Shown here: one piece after another, positions 49,330-63,115 of the stretch
Layout: each line of letters opens with the position of its first letter
Numbering within the stretch: position 1 is the stretch's first letter
Translations under genes and position numbers: made by a program
DNA from: Ylistrum balloti
Lineage: Eukaryota
Reading direction: 5' to 3'
DNA length: 64,000 bases
Assembly (NCBI RefSeq): GCF_031769215.1
Contig: NW_026781913.1
Location: 248,001 to 312,000 of the forward strand
The notes under the pieces: model-generated
The model's input: only the letters and a program-made list of their open reading frames with translations
Databases searched by the model: none
Told to the model about the DNA's origin: nothing

Positions 49330-51831
49330 ACGGAGACATATTTCATAAGTGTTTTTGGCTGTAGACAAAATTCTGACTCTGTCCTTGGACATATTATATC
49401 ATCACAGTATTACCACAAAATTGGTCTGTTCTTTATATCAGAGGACTCATAACTTAAAGCAAAGTAGCCTCGAAGTGTTAATAACCCAGTAGAAATCCCT
49501 CGTCAAAATCCAATTTAGACGGTACGAGTGTTTTTTCTTGTTGAGTATTTGTGAGTTTTGAGTCATTTTGTGAGTGTATGATGTAAGATCATAGATGTAC
49601 AGATTTCATTACCTACTACCTACTAACTGACTGTACATCATTCTTAATTGAACAAGTAAGGTGGGGTGGATGATAATATATTTGGAGTTCAGTTGATATA
49701 TTGCATCACCGGAGACAGATAAACCTGGTTCTGCTAGAAACAAGAAGTGCTGCGTTTTTCTGACAGATTTTAATGACAAACTATGACCAGCTTCCCTCTG
49801 TCGTTGCTGGTTGTGATACTGTCTTCTTGAGAAAGGCGATGGATACAAAAGGAACATTGAATGTACGAGGATTCTAACAAAGTACTTAAATATAACTTTC
49901 ATCAGCAATGACTATATGCACATTATATAAAGACGAGATAACCTCTGTCATTGTACGGATAAAGATATGACCAGATGTGTGGTAGTGGAGCAAGAAAGCG
50001 GCACCAAACAGTCCAGAACAAAGCACCAGACTCGTGTGACGATTTACCTGAATGGACACAACGGAACAGCATACCCTGTACCAAAGGCAAGACCTTTTAT
50101 CACCATTCGAATTAAATTTTAATGACAAGGCTCTAGCAGAATTTGGATTTTTTTGTAGTCCATGTTTAGAATTACCGCCTCATGTTCCTGCCAAAAGGAC
50201 CAGAGTCAAGTCATTATTAAGCGTCCTTACAGGTTGACTTATCCACATCCTTAATACTCTTTGTTTACATCTCGTCAAAATATAACTACGTCTTCCTGCT
50301 TGTCTTTGTCTTATTTCTTTCAATAAAAAAATGTTGGAATAATTCTGAAGCATTCTTTTGATTAATTCGCCAAAAAAAGCGAAATAGTAAGTTAAGATGC
50401 TTGTGATAGGAAATCATCGTCAAGACCTGTGTCCCTTCTTATCAGAGCGTATATCTCGGACGCCCGAGCCTAGCTCTTTTAATACTAGGTATAGGAGTAA
50501 AATCAGAGACTTGACATAATTACCTCCCTTTCAATATGTGTTGCCTTTATTTTTGATGGTCCGAAAACCGGAAGCAGTAATCCATGGAAAAATTATTTCA
50601 GAGCAAGTGGAGAAACCGCGGCGAAATAGAGTATTGGTTTGATTATCTAAATCTGAAGTTTTAGTTTTCAATTATATTTTGTAATGAGGAAAACAGTTTT
50701 TAAAAATAAAGTCAAAATGCATCCTTATCAGAGTGAGAAAAGTATAACTTGCCCGTCCGGACGCCTGTACCCAGATATTTGTATAACCAAACTGATATCA
50801 GCATACATCTTACAAAGTTTGCTCTGTTCAAACGTAAATTATTCTTTAAATTAACACTAAACACATTCTTGTATCACTGAAGACACGATATTTCGACGCA
50901 GTTAAACAAAATAGAGAAACCGGTCGCATCACCAGCATGATAAATACAATATAAAAAAGCATTCGTCTATACTACATGTATATTGTAATATATAAAATTA
51001 TCACCGTCTTGAACGCTGGAAGTTTTTATGTTTGCTACTTATCCTAAACACTTGTAGAGAGTAGATTACAAATATATGTTTTTTCTATTCAATTAAGGAA
51101 GTGTATCTCTCGGTTCCGTGTTAGGAACCGCTCTGCTATAAACATCCTGATCATCGTTGTCGAGCACTAAAGCTTCATTAAAATCCCCAGAAAAAGTCCA
51201 AGTTTATCAAGAACAACATAACAACTGAAGGTGTCACCACATGTTACATCCCATCTTATATTTAGAACGTCAATCAACAGATACACATTGTAGTCTACTA
51301 AAGGATTTAACGTAATGAGTATCCTGACCGTGAGTATAGGAACAAGACACGGTAAGACACGAACATCCTACATATGTCAATGAATGAAGCAAGGAAGTTC
51401 TAAAAATCACTCAGGAGAGATGTTGATAGAAAAAAGACAAAGTAGTGAAGATCGTTATCACCAGGAATCTTTACAGTGTTTTCTAACTACTTGGTAACAA
51501 TTTGACATGTTTATAGAGGTTTGGTAAAAACGTCTACACTGTAATTTGTTATGTCACTCAAATTTTCACAGAACGTCTGTGATGGGTTAAGACTGTGTCT
51601 TCCTGAAGTGGAACTCCATAGCTAAAGGTGATTGTTTACAAAGGCAGAAACGGCTATGTCATAAAAATGTGTAGGACATTTAAGTTCTTACTCCTGACTT
51701 CCATATGGACAATATTCACTACATACTGTATAGAACATATTCTCCATCATAACTGTACAATATGTTGGAGTATATAATGCTAACATCACAGAACAAAATA
51801 GACACAACAATCAAGTGGTACTTTTGAATTC

Positions 51832-51837
51832 TTTATT
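51832..51837 (-). terminator. Candidate polyadenylation signal of the RhoGEF gene
   Basis: AATAAA on the minus strand ~3.4 kb after the predicted stop. Position-based inference only. Confidence 0.3.
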
Positions 51838-54829
51838 ACAGAAAATTAATTTACATGTTTAATCTTATCAATTTAAGCATCAACAAATAGCTAGCACTAA
51901 GAGATTGTGTTTTATGTACAAAATGTTATCAAAATATCACATAATATACACCAGCATTCTGGACAGGACAGAATTAATGGATTCTCCAACATTCTGTCAT
52001 CGACTATTTTTCTCTGTTCCCTTATTAATGCTGACATTCCTTGGAGACCACAGAAGCACCAGACTAAAATTCTACCAGTTTGGTTTCCTTATAATCAACT
52101 CCCTAATGTGATGTTCCTACTGTACAATCCCTGGATCGTCATTGTATTGCTCGGTAGAGAGAAATACAAACACTATGGTCTGGTAAAGATAATTCAACAT
52201 AAATTGTAGATAAATCATAAATTATAATAGCGGCAAAATACATTGTTACCATGGTGATAGAAATTTCACCATCAAGAGAACAGTATTACTACTAAAGTGT
52301 GGAACACAGATATAACATGACAACAAAGACTGTTACCATGGTGATGAAATCATTGTAATTGAGGTGAATTTGATAGTAATACACTTGTGATTTATCATGG
52401 TCATGATAATGTTACTATGGTGACTGAAAGTGTTACCATGGTGATGGACACAGAGCTGATGGCCAGGTAGAATTACCAGTATTATTGCACTTTGTTGATA
52501 ATAATGATGAAGGGAGAAGTGATTCATTTTCTGTACAGTAAGGATATGTTGTCTGTACACCAAACATCATCAGTTATTACCAAATGTTCAGATGAAAACA
52601 CAAAAATGACAGAATATCTTATTCCTCAGTCCTACTCGCTTGAAACAATCTACCAAATATATTAAGCCTTTTGAACAGAAATAAATAATTGTTTTAAATT
52701 TCTAGCCTCTTATTCCTGAGTAAGGAAAACTTGTCTAGAAACTGAGAATTTAGCTTTTTCTGGAATATCAATATGAGTTAAAACTTAAGCCATATCAATC
52801 TGTATACCTCTGTAATACCAATATGTACACCGGTTTAACAACAGGTATGGCAAGTACTGTATAGTAGATAAAACTACACCGTAAGGAATTGTCCCCTAGG
52901 AAGGGTTCTCATGTCCGAGTTGGAAATTTCACTCCAGACACAAAATTTCATCCTTGTTAAAGCGTTTGTGCACAGAGTCTATACTATAAACTTAGATGAA
53001 ACAAATACAATATTATTTTAATATCAACAACTTAATCATGATGTTGGCACTTGGATGGAAGCGGGGAATCACTCCTGTTTATTATTGTGACATGGAAGAC
53101 TGAATATTAACTGTTTAACCTCTTCATTCATCTTACTTTAAAGAATTTGTGACGAAGGGGTTCCAAAACAAAATCTCAAAATACTGATTGAAAAACCTTG
53201 AAACAGTAAAACAATTTCACATTGATTAAAGGGCAGCCGAGTAAAATATCAACATCAGGGGAAGACAGTATATATACATACTTCTGTTATAAATAACATA
53301 TTAATATATAGGTAAATTAAACCAGGGATGCATGGTCACGGAAAAAAAATCTAGACTATTCCAAAACCAAATTCAATACACCCGTTACATGTATTGTAAA
53401 ATTTTAGTGTTGTATCAGCTATTTTTTTGTAGTACACTACTGACTAGATATTCTGACAGAATGACTACGCTGGACTGAGTCAGATAAAACCGTTATCTTA
53501 GTCAACTTCCTTTTATGGCTTTGTGGTATCTTGGTTTGATATGAACAATTTAGCGAAACAAGTCTTTGGTAAAACTGATACTGTGTTAAATGTGTGATGG
53601 GGAATGATATGAGTTACTATGTTTCTATACATGTAGTATCCATAACAACACAGAGAATAAATAGTATGTTATTATCATAAACATTGTACACGTTGTGATG
53701 TTGTCATACAAATAAATACAACAAAAAGGTAAACATACAAATAAATAAAGAAATAAAAACTGAATTATGACTTTTTGTATTTGTTGTTCAAGCCTCAATG
53801 ACTCACTGTTAAACTTGGATTATGAAGTGTGATTAGATCTACCCTAGAACTATTCCTTCTACAGAATCCAGAAGGAATATCAAAGTAGATAATACCAATC
53901 ATTTTACTCCAATGGTTGTGAGTAAATCCCAACCAAATCTACCCTCTTTGTGACTCTTTACTTATCGAAAGTCAAATACTGAACGGTACAAGCTATGTAC
54001 AACATACATCAACATGCAACTTGGTAAAACACTTGGATTATCTCCCCTCATTACACTTTTCTTTAGTAAACTGTTTAGAGTAATACTTTTAGAGAGATCT
54101 TACATCCATTGCATCTTAAACCAGGAAGCAAGTCCTTTTGATGAACTTCATTTCAGATTTTTTAATTATACTAAATTTAAATATAATGTAAATGTAACAC
54201 TATCAGTGTCAAGTTAAAACTGATCACCCATTTATCTCAACAAACTTACTTGCTGTGTTAAAGTTCACAAATGGAGATAATCTAAACGTTTCTACTGTGA
54301 CTACATATTGACATAATCGAAAAATAAGTAAACATTCACAGTTCAGATATCTATTACTGCAATAAAGGTAGAATCATTTTTCTATCTCTTTGGTAAAAAA
54401 AAAACAAGTGGTCTCACACATGGCTAATTTATCTGTGTGAATCACAAACTGAGAAAGCAAAAAGTATCTTTTGTTGATCAACAACTGAGAAAGCAAAACG
54501 TATCTTCATTGATCAACAACAATACAACCTGTCAATAAATTTTTAAAATCAGATCTATTTGTTGTGTTGAATCGTTTGGCATCAGAGTTGTCTCCACTTC
54601 CATAACTAAATCTGTTGTCCAATTGATCTGTGACCACCAGGGGTAATGTGTAGTTGTTGATCCTAATGTAAGTTAACGGAAGAATGACCCCTTGACCTCA
54701 GATCTTGCTCTGTGTTTCTTTTTCAACAAAATCCTCTGACCTCTGTTGATTCATAATCATATACATTTGATCCCAGATATTGATGAGCTTTGATCAGCTG
54801 ATCAGTATGACTTCAGTGTTGCAACGTTA

Positions 54830-55145
54830 AGCCTGTTGTTTCTGAAATGACAAACTGTAATCTCGCAAATCAAGAGTGACTGTTGATGAGCAGTAGCCAT
54901 TCTGTTTCTGAAAGGACCGACCATGATCTCGCAGATCAGAGTCGAAGCAGATGAGCAATGGCAGTCCTGATGTCTTCTGGAAGGGGTGACTTCGATCAGG
55001 AAGATTAGAGTCGAAGCAAACGAGCAATGAATGTCCTGATGTCTTCTGGAAGGGGTGACTTCGATCAGGAAGATTAGAGTACGAAGCGGACAAGCAGTGG
55101 CCATACTGATGTCTTCAAAAAGGGCTGACTTTGATCCAGCTCAAG
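54830..55145. repeat. Degenerate 69-bp tandem repeat (4-5 units) just 3' of the RhoGEF stop
   Basis: TCCTGATGTCTTCTGGAAGGGGTGACTTCGATCAGGAAGATTAGAGT at 54965 and 55034, with diverged flanking units. Confidence 0.85.
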
Positions 55146-55196
55146 ATGAAAGACAATCAGGTAGTATGTAAATATAGCAATGTCCTTACACTTGTG

Positions 55197-58100
55197 TCAT
55201 ACCTGTAACAAAGAAAGTAAACAACTTATTAAAGTGAAAATAGAGACATAATAACATCACCTTAACTAATTAAAAATTATCCTTATAAGGAAATCCCATT
55301 ATGATTTTATGTTTGAATTGATTAAAATGTTAAGCTGGCCTATGTTAGTGAAATTATTCTCATTTCAAATGGAAAATCATGTTTAGTGTTCTATCAAATG
55401 TGATACATACATCAGTGCTGACAGGTTCGTTGCTATTGGACAGAATAAGTTTAGATTGTGGATGGTGAATGTACTGTCTGCCATTTGACCCCTGTCTGGA
55501 GATGTCTAGAGTACCCTGACGATCATTCTCTGAACCAGACATGTCTGTACCTATTCCACTTTCTACAATATAAAACATTATAGAAATTATTAGTTTTTAA
55601 AATTCATTTTTACATGGTGACATTTAGGAATATCATCAGTATATAAAAACAGTGACAATAGGAGCTGCACATAGAGTTTGTTCCTGATTGGTTTCAAACA
55701 CACAAACTGGATATTTAAATTTCCAATAAAATAAAAAAGAGAGAGAAAAAAATCCTTGATTCTAACATTCATGAAATGTAAAGATGTGATGTCTTGTCAT
55801 TGAGCTTAACTGCCATAAATAAATATAAGATATATATATATTTGAGTAAAACTGAAAAATCTAAGGTTGCTTTACCAATAAATAAAATCTAATATATATA
55901 CATGACACTCACCATTTGACATACAGGCAATAGACTGACGGCTGCGTGGACTGTCAATCATGTCAAAGTTGGGTCCGAGGATGCTGACCATACCCGAGTG
56001 ACTACTACTGGATGATGAAGTACTACTGACAGAGATAATGGAATGAGGACGCTTATTTCCCTGGCGAAGGTGTTCAAAAGATGTCACAGCCACAGAGTTT
56101 CTAGTACGAGCTACAAAAAATAAAATCATATTTTCTTAGGCTTTTTCCAGGATGTTTTATTGTCAACAGAAAAACAAAGGAAAAACATCCATTGTATTGC
56201 ATTTGTTGTTCTTCGTTGTTTTTCAAAATTATGAAAAAAATCCTGAAACATCTGTGTATGATATATTGAGCAATTCTTCTTACTATTCTGATAGCAAATG
56301 ATAGAGTGTCTTACTGACGTAAGTCTAATTCAAGAATAAACATCCAGACAGAGCACAACCTAAATACTCTAAGGATGATACTGGTACAATGACTTACCTC
56401 CCCTGTTACCAATGGCGTAGTTCAGCAGCCTATCCTGAATGTTGTTAGCACTTGGTTTAATGTCCAGACAGGGTTTGTTTCCGACACCCATGGACAACAT
56501 CTCGGTCATGTGGTTCTCTGTAAGACACACAAATACAATGAGTTATAAATTCATAGCTATTTTTTTCAATTGATAAACTGCAGATAAAATATCCCACTAT
56601 ATCATAATTATATCACAAGACCATATACTGTAATATATATTTATCATTCAGGGTCTATAATTACTGTTTTGTGATCCCAGGCTATTTACCTCGGTTTTTA
56701 AGTGCCTGGTTCCACAGGACACGGGAGATTTCCTTCGTCCACTGGTGACGTACGTCAGAGCTAGGAGCCTGAAGGATGTAGTTCTCCCCTAGGGAACGTC
56801 TTCGGAACCAAATCTCAAACTTGTACCCACTACCCTCGTAAGCCTCTGTCAATCCAACATCTGCCATCTGTAATGCATGGGAATAATCAAAAGTCAATCA
56901 AATACATTTCATGTTTATTTTGAAAAAATGGTAATGTGTCTAATGAAAGTGTTTTCTCACTGAAATGATTTGTTATCAATATCAATGACATTTAAGCTGT
57001 AGAGAAGTAAAAGACACTTGGTTTCGAGCTCGGAGACACTGCATTCTCTGTATTTATAATAACCCTACTTGACTAAGACTTCCCCGTACCTTGAAGCTGA
57101 ACTTGTAGTGGTAAGTGTCCGGACTCCCATTACGTCCCCGCTGTGTTTTACTAAACAGTATTAAGTCCTCAAACAGAAAGACATGCCGCATGGATTTCCG
57201 TCGTCCCTGCCACACAAGGAATTCATCCTGCCGCAACAGACGACCTTGTTCTTGGAGGTTCACATCACAGTCCCGCAGTGAATCCATAGCTAACAGGTCA
57301 TTGCCATGACGGAGCTGAAACTTTACCATCTCCTCTGCAGCCTACAAACAGATGTCAGGTAGAAAAGAGATTAAGGATTACTACATGAAATCTATTTGCT
57401 CATGTGAAGTTTACCATAAAAAAATGTAGATATAACTGAATGGAATACATTGTCCATACCACACCACTTATAACAAAGCCAATGGTCAGTGCTGTAATGT
57501 ATTGTCTATATATTATCTATAAAATCCCTCTTTTCTGTTGACAGGTCTGTTGTAAATTCCTTTACCAAGTCTTCACATAGAAAACAGTATTTGACGTTGG
57601 TGACCTTGACACCTCACTGTGACCTTTTATACTGACCTTGAGATCCTGGTATTCCTGTTCCGTGTGGGGACAAGCCTTCATTATCTGTTTGATGAGGAGA
57701 GCATATTTGCCCATCCTCTGTACTGGCTTGAGAAGGTAGGATGACAGATCCATCTTGTCTCCCAACTGTAACTGTTTTTCCTGTGGGTACAAGGTAAGCC
57801 ACAAGGTTAAAGTGGTTGAATTATGACAGTTACTGTGAAATCATCAATTTTCACAGGATTTTTATTTTCGTTGATTCCATGGGTACTCTTAATCTACAAA
57901 TTCATATGTCCATAGAATATTAAAATTAGTATAGATTTATTGAGCCATAACTATCCACAAAATAAAGTGTCCACCAAGCATTAATTTTTGACAAACCATG
58001 TAAAAGAAATTATAGTTGGTAGGTTTTTATACAGGATCAAGCCACCAAAATGTTCATTACCAGCTTATAAACAGCTTGTATTGGTTCCTAGGATATTGCT

Positions 58101-60275
58101 AACACAGAAGTATTGTTACCTCACCGTTAATTTCTGTTTTAGTGGGCAAGATACAGGGTAACATTTAACATAATGATTAAGTTTGAAACTTACTCTGAAG
58201 AAATATTTCCCATATTCTGCCATAAGGCTGTCTGACTTTGGTTTGTTCTTGTTATAGATAGCGTACAGGTAGAACTGACTGGCCTGTTAAAACAAAAGAC
58301 AAATATCATCACAACCTGCATTACAAATTCTTTCAAAACTCGCCATGGTTATACTGTTATCTAATTACAGCTGATGTGTGGATGAAACTTAGAATCATAA
58401 GGCAAAGTCAAACTTAATACCCTGTGCTACCATGAGAAATATATATTGTTAATTACTTCGTTTTTAGTGAAAGCTTTAATTCACAAACTTCCCTCTTCAG
58501 ATGTATCCATTAATACACCATTTATTAATGGTGATCTAAAAATTAATCACACCTTAGGAACTCACACCCGTTGAAAATTTTCCCTGTTTTCGACTTGAAA
58601 CAATGTGTAAAAACTGAAGCCAACTACCTAAAATTATCTCTTTAATTATGATTAATCACTCTGTATTTCTCCGGCTAGATATCTTTAGAAGACTTACGTG
58701 CATGAGGAAGTACTGTGCTATCTGGAATGGGTTATTCTCACAAATTTCAACTTCTCGGAGAAACATCTGACGATGAAAATGGTAGATTTTTTCCAAATTC
58801 CCAAATATGACATTCCTCTTGCCTCTAAGGGCCTGTGGCACATCGTCTCGTTCTAGCTCAGGGACATATTGCTCAATGATGAATTGGAGCGAGCAGACAT
58901 AATCACGCTCGGTTTGTATCATTTCACGCATCACATGGGCCAGCGTCCTGATTGGTAGAAAGAAGTCACATGTTAATTTGATCAAATTAAAAATATAACC
59001 TAATCTACTATGTAATATGACTATCTTAGCAATTTAACAGGGTGATATCTGTCAACAAAACCTGGTTCCCTTATTGATCATCCTATGTATTTATTATGCA
59101 TTGTGAGATGAATAAAGTTGTTGTACTCTGGAATGAGTCTTCTGATTTACTTCTTTGTGCCTCAGTGTTTTTATCTTATTTTCCTTCTTTCTGTCTGAGG
59201 GTTTTAAATCTTACCGTTTGATTTTCTCTGTGCCTGAGAGTTTCAGATCTGCCAGTGAGCCTGTAGGAATGCTTCCATTTTGTGAGATAAGATGAGAGTT
59301 AACAGGGACTGGGGTGAAACTCTTTGCAGCAGGGACAGAGACTTCACAATTCTCTGTCTCCTCTTCCTCAGGCATACTGGACAGACTATCTGTACTACTG
59401 GTAATCATACTGACTGTCCGACCATCGTCCTGTCTGCCTGACCTTCTCTCCGACCTGTGAGTCTGTGGGTCCTCTTCCTCAATGATAGCCCCACCTGTAA
59501 ATGGTGGTGCCGTTGAGGTTCTCCGAAGCATTTTCTTCAGGGGTCTACTGTGAGAGGTTAGACTACCCGGTCCCTGGTCATGCGAGTCCTGAAGTGTAGG
59601 AGCACTGCGAATGCTTCCCTGGGAGGAGTGATCACTAGGACTTGTCAGGTCCTCCCTTGATGACCGCATTGTGGAGTTATTTAATATCTTTGGTATAGAG
59701 GCCACCACTCTGTCCGACATGTCTTCTGTGATAAAGGACGAATCACCCTCTCCAAGGAACACCATGTCCTGTGGTGTTAAGTTTGTGGGAGGTAGGATCG
59801 GACTTGTCCCACTGCTGCAGAAGGATGGAGTACGTTCCGAGCCTGAAGACGGAGTACTGGCTGAACAAGGTTGCCATACAGCATTATCACCATTTACACT
59901 AGGGTGTCTTAACTCTGGAGAACTTATAACACTAAACTGACCACTACAATGCTGGTCAATTTTCGTTGGAGAGGGCTTGGTCTCTAGCACCATTTTGTCT
60001 TTGGCCTCTTGCAGTGCTGACTGCCGGGCAGTTAGAAGGCTATGAGTCTCTTCACAACGAGCTCTAGCAACACGACACTGTTCCATCAACTTTTCATTGC
60101 GGAGTTTCTTTGCCAGATCCATCATGCTAATAAATGTTTCCTCTTTCATCATAGGATGGTCACGGAGGTAGACCTGGAGGCTTCGCAACAACTTGTCCAG
60201 GCCCTCCACGGTACTACAGTGTTCCATCTTCATACTTGCCACGTACTTCATGGCGTCCAGAGCCCATTCATAAGT
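55197..60275 (-). CDS. PLEKHG4: PLEKHG4/puratrophin-1-like Rho guanine nucleotide exchange factor (spectrin-like/linker-DH-PH-tail), 3' ten exons; 5' exons not found in the window
   Basis: Exons 60275-59215, 58947-58698, 58283-58194, 57780-57637, 57341-57090, 56867-56690, 56517-56398, 56110-55913, 55562-55411, 55202-55197; phases consistent (2451 nt, 816 aa partial). DH: EMIQTERDYV, LRGKRNVIFGNLEKIY, DKMDLSSYLLKPVQRMGKYALL. PH: FQLRHGNDLLAMD, EQGRLLRQDEF, RHVFLFEDLILFSK. These motifs are diagnostic of the PLEKHG4/4B/ARHGEF40 group. Confidence 0.93.
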
Positions 60276-60667
60276 CTGCAAACACAAAAATGTAACATCA
60301 GTATTCACTCAACAAGAACAGAACACATTCATGTGTCTTAAAAAACAAACTGCCATTTCTTTGATTTCAAAATGACCAGACATTCCTCAAAATGGAAAAT
60401 CCATGGACTTATAGAATGGATATTTCTGTAAGATCCTCTATGGAGAAAAGCAATGTCCAGATCTATCTTATCATCAAACATACATGAAAGGTCATAACTC
60501 GGCATTTAGCTGGACTCAAATAGACAATACCTGTATACAACACTTTGTCTTAAAGGTAAATGAGCATGTCAAGTTGACTGGATGTACCAGGTCTGTGAAA
60601 TATGCAGAAAGTTATGCGGGACAAACATTTCCAGCCAAGTTAAACATCCATAACATATAGCATGCTG

Positions 60668-60985
60668 TTATAACAAGGTTAGTGAAAGTAAAGATACAGG
60701 GTTATAACAAGGTTAGCGAAAGTAAAGATACAGGGTTATAACAAGGTTAGGGTAAGTAGTGAGACAAGGTTATAACAAGGTTAGGGTAAGTAGTGAGACA
60801 AGGTTATAACAAGGTTAGGGTAAGTAGTGAGACAAAGTTTTAACAAAGTTAGGGTAAGTAGTGAGACAAGGTTATAACAAGGTTAGGGAAAGTAGTGAGA
60901 CAAGGTTAGGGTAAATAGAGAGAGAATGTTATAACATGGTTAGGGTTTGTAAATAAAAAAAAAAGGTTATAACAAGGTTAGTATT
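60668..60985. repeat. 34-bp minisatellite (intronic), with decayed related units to ~61220
   Basis: Unit TATAACAAGGTTAGGGTAAGTAGTGAGACAAGGT. Confidence 0.9.
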
Positions 60986-62797
60986 TGTAGAGAAACAAGG
61001 TTAAAGTAAGGTTGACACTCAAGTTATGCTATTAGAGTTGAAAAGTCAATGTTGATAGAAATGAACATCAAGATGTAGACCAATATAGGTAGTTGCCTCA
61101 GAAACACTAACATGTAAACTAATATAGGTAGTCGACTCACAAACATCAAGATATAGACTTCTATTGGTAGTTGTCAGGCAAACAAGATGTAGACTAGCTT
61201 CTATAAGTAGTAGTGAGACATATGTTGTGATATCACACTATCAGTTTATACAGAGACTGTGTGAAGAATGACACCAATGTGAGGGATACGAGTAGATCTC
61301 TTCAGACATCTTACATCTGACCAATATATCCAGACAAATCAATGAAATAGGCAACCAACCTAAAAACCGACTCAAATACCAAACCGCCTTTAATATTTTC
61401 TCTGAAGCAAGGGATCGTGTACACCACCCCTAAATCTTTAATTTCAGTCTCCATACTGGTAAACAGTGTGTCATGTTATATCACCATTTTAAAAACCTAG
61501 AGGTAATACTGCATCACACTACATCTAACATCATAAACTCTCAGATATCTTGGTAGCTTCAAACATTTTAATATTGATTTCCTTCTCTAAAATGTTTATA
61601 CAAGATGTATATATTTTTAACAAATTTTTAAAAATGACAAAGAGACATTACAGATGTAATCTCAATATACCAAGCTTCTAATAAACATACTGTTCAACAT
61701 CTATGTATCATTTCAACATACTTCAAATACACAATGATTTTGCACTGAAGATAACTTTGTGTTCTCAAAACTGAAAAAGAAATCCTTGATAAAACAAAGT
61801 TGAATACTTAACAGAAAACTTACGAGCTAGCAGGAGGACAGTGTTTTCCAGTATGAAGGGCGATACCGCTTTAACTAGCATTACATTACATAGACTTTCT
61901 GAGTGAGGGACAAGTGCCCACCCTACCACAACAGGAAGTGACCACTACATGTGATTGACAAAAAATATGGTCTATACCAGCCGTTGGTGGTCTCTTACTT
62001 GGACAGAAAGAATTGTTTGGTGCAACAAAGGTTCAATGTGGACAATTTGCAAACTACGTAGTTACAGTCAACCTCTCTTCCATATATATATATATATACA
62101 TATAAGTAAAGATTTAGAGGGATGCTTGCTCCATCATCAACACACGCTACTGACTGTGTTCTTTGTTCTGTCTACTTATAGTGATTCTGCGGTGACACTT
62201 TAACCCAGACGTGACATTGTTACGTGTCTCCACCAACAATGTCCACACGAATATAGCCACAACACTTATCGGAAAAACAGTGGCATATTCTACACAAAGA
62301 AACCACATGGTTATCTTGAGATACCGTTGAAAAGTAATCCATTTTATTAGTATCCATATAAGGATTTATACTGATAATATAAGTAAATGTCGTACGTATG
62401 ACACACGTTTCGTTATTTATAACATTTTGACGCACGTAGAAGATGCATTTAATCTAATAATGACAGACGTACATCAAGCATTTTCCAATACTTTTTGTTT
62501 GATATGTGACTTCTTGAAACGAAAGATTTTTATCATTTTAGTCAGCCTTTGGTGAGATAAAATAAACAATTCGTCACAAGTTTCATCAAATATCCAATAG
62601 AAACAAATCTAACAACATTTTTATCACATGAGCGGTTTTTTTTAACAAAATATGGTAGAGAATGGGCATTACTTCGTTAAGCTTTGAAGACATTTTGGCT
62701 GTCAATTCTAAGGTCGCCATTGCTATGTCACAATTAATTCAATCATTGAATGTGTGTCATCATTTCATTTTCTGAAGTGACATCATAATAAACTATA

Positions 62798-63115
62798 TCA
62801 TACATGTTACATTTATCATCCTCTTTATCCACACACATACATGCTACATTTATCATCCTCTATATTAACACACATACATGTTACATTTATCATCCTCTTT
62901 ATTGACACACATACATGTTACATTTATCATCCTCTTTATCAACACACATACATGTTACATTTATCATCCTCTATATCAACACACATACATGTTACATTTA
63001 TCATCCTATTTATCCACACACATACATGTTACATTTATCATCCTCTTTATCCACACACATACATGTTACATTTATCATCCTCTTTATCCACACACATACA
63101 TGTTACATTTATCAT
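62798..63115. repeat. 37-bp minisatellite (~8.5 units)
   Basis: Unit ACACACATACATGTTACATTTATCATCCTCTTTATCC. Confidence 0.95.

Noticed and set aside
52245-52445. Four GTTAC(C/T)ATGGTGA motifs
   Set aside because: Short, irregularly spaced, in the probable RhoGEF 3' UTR; consistent with a decayed simple repeat.
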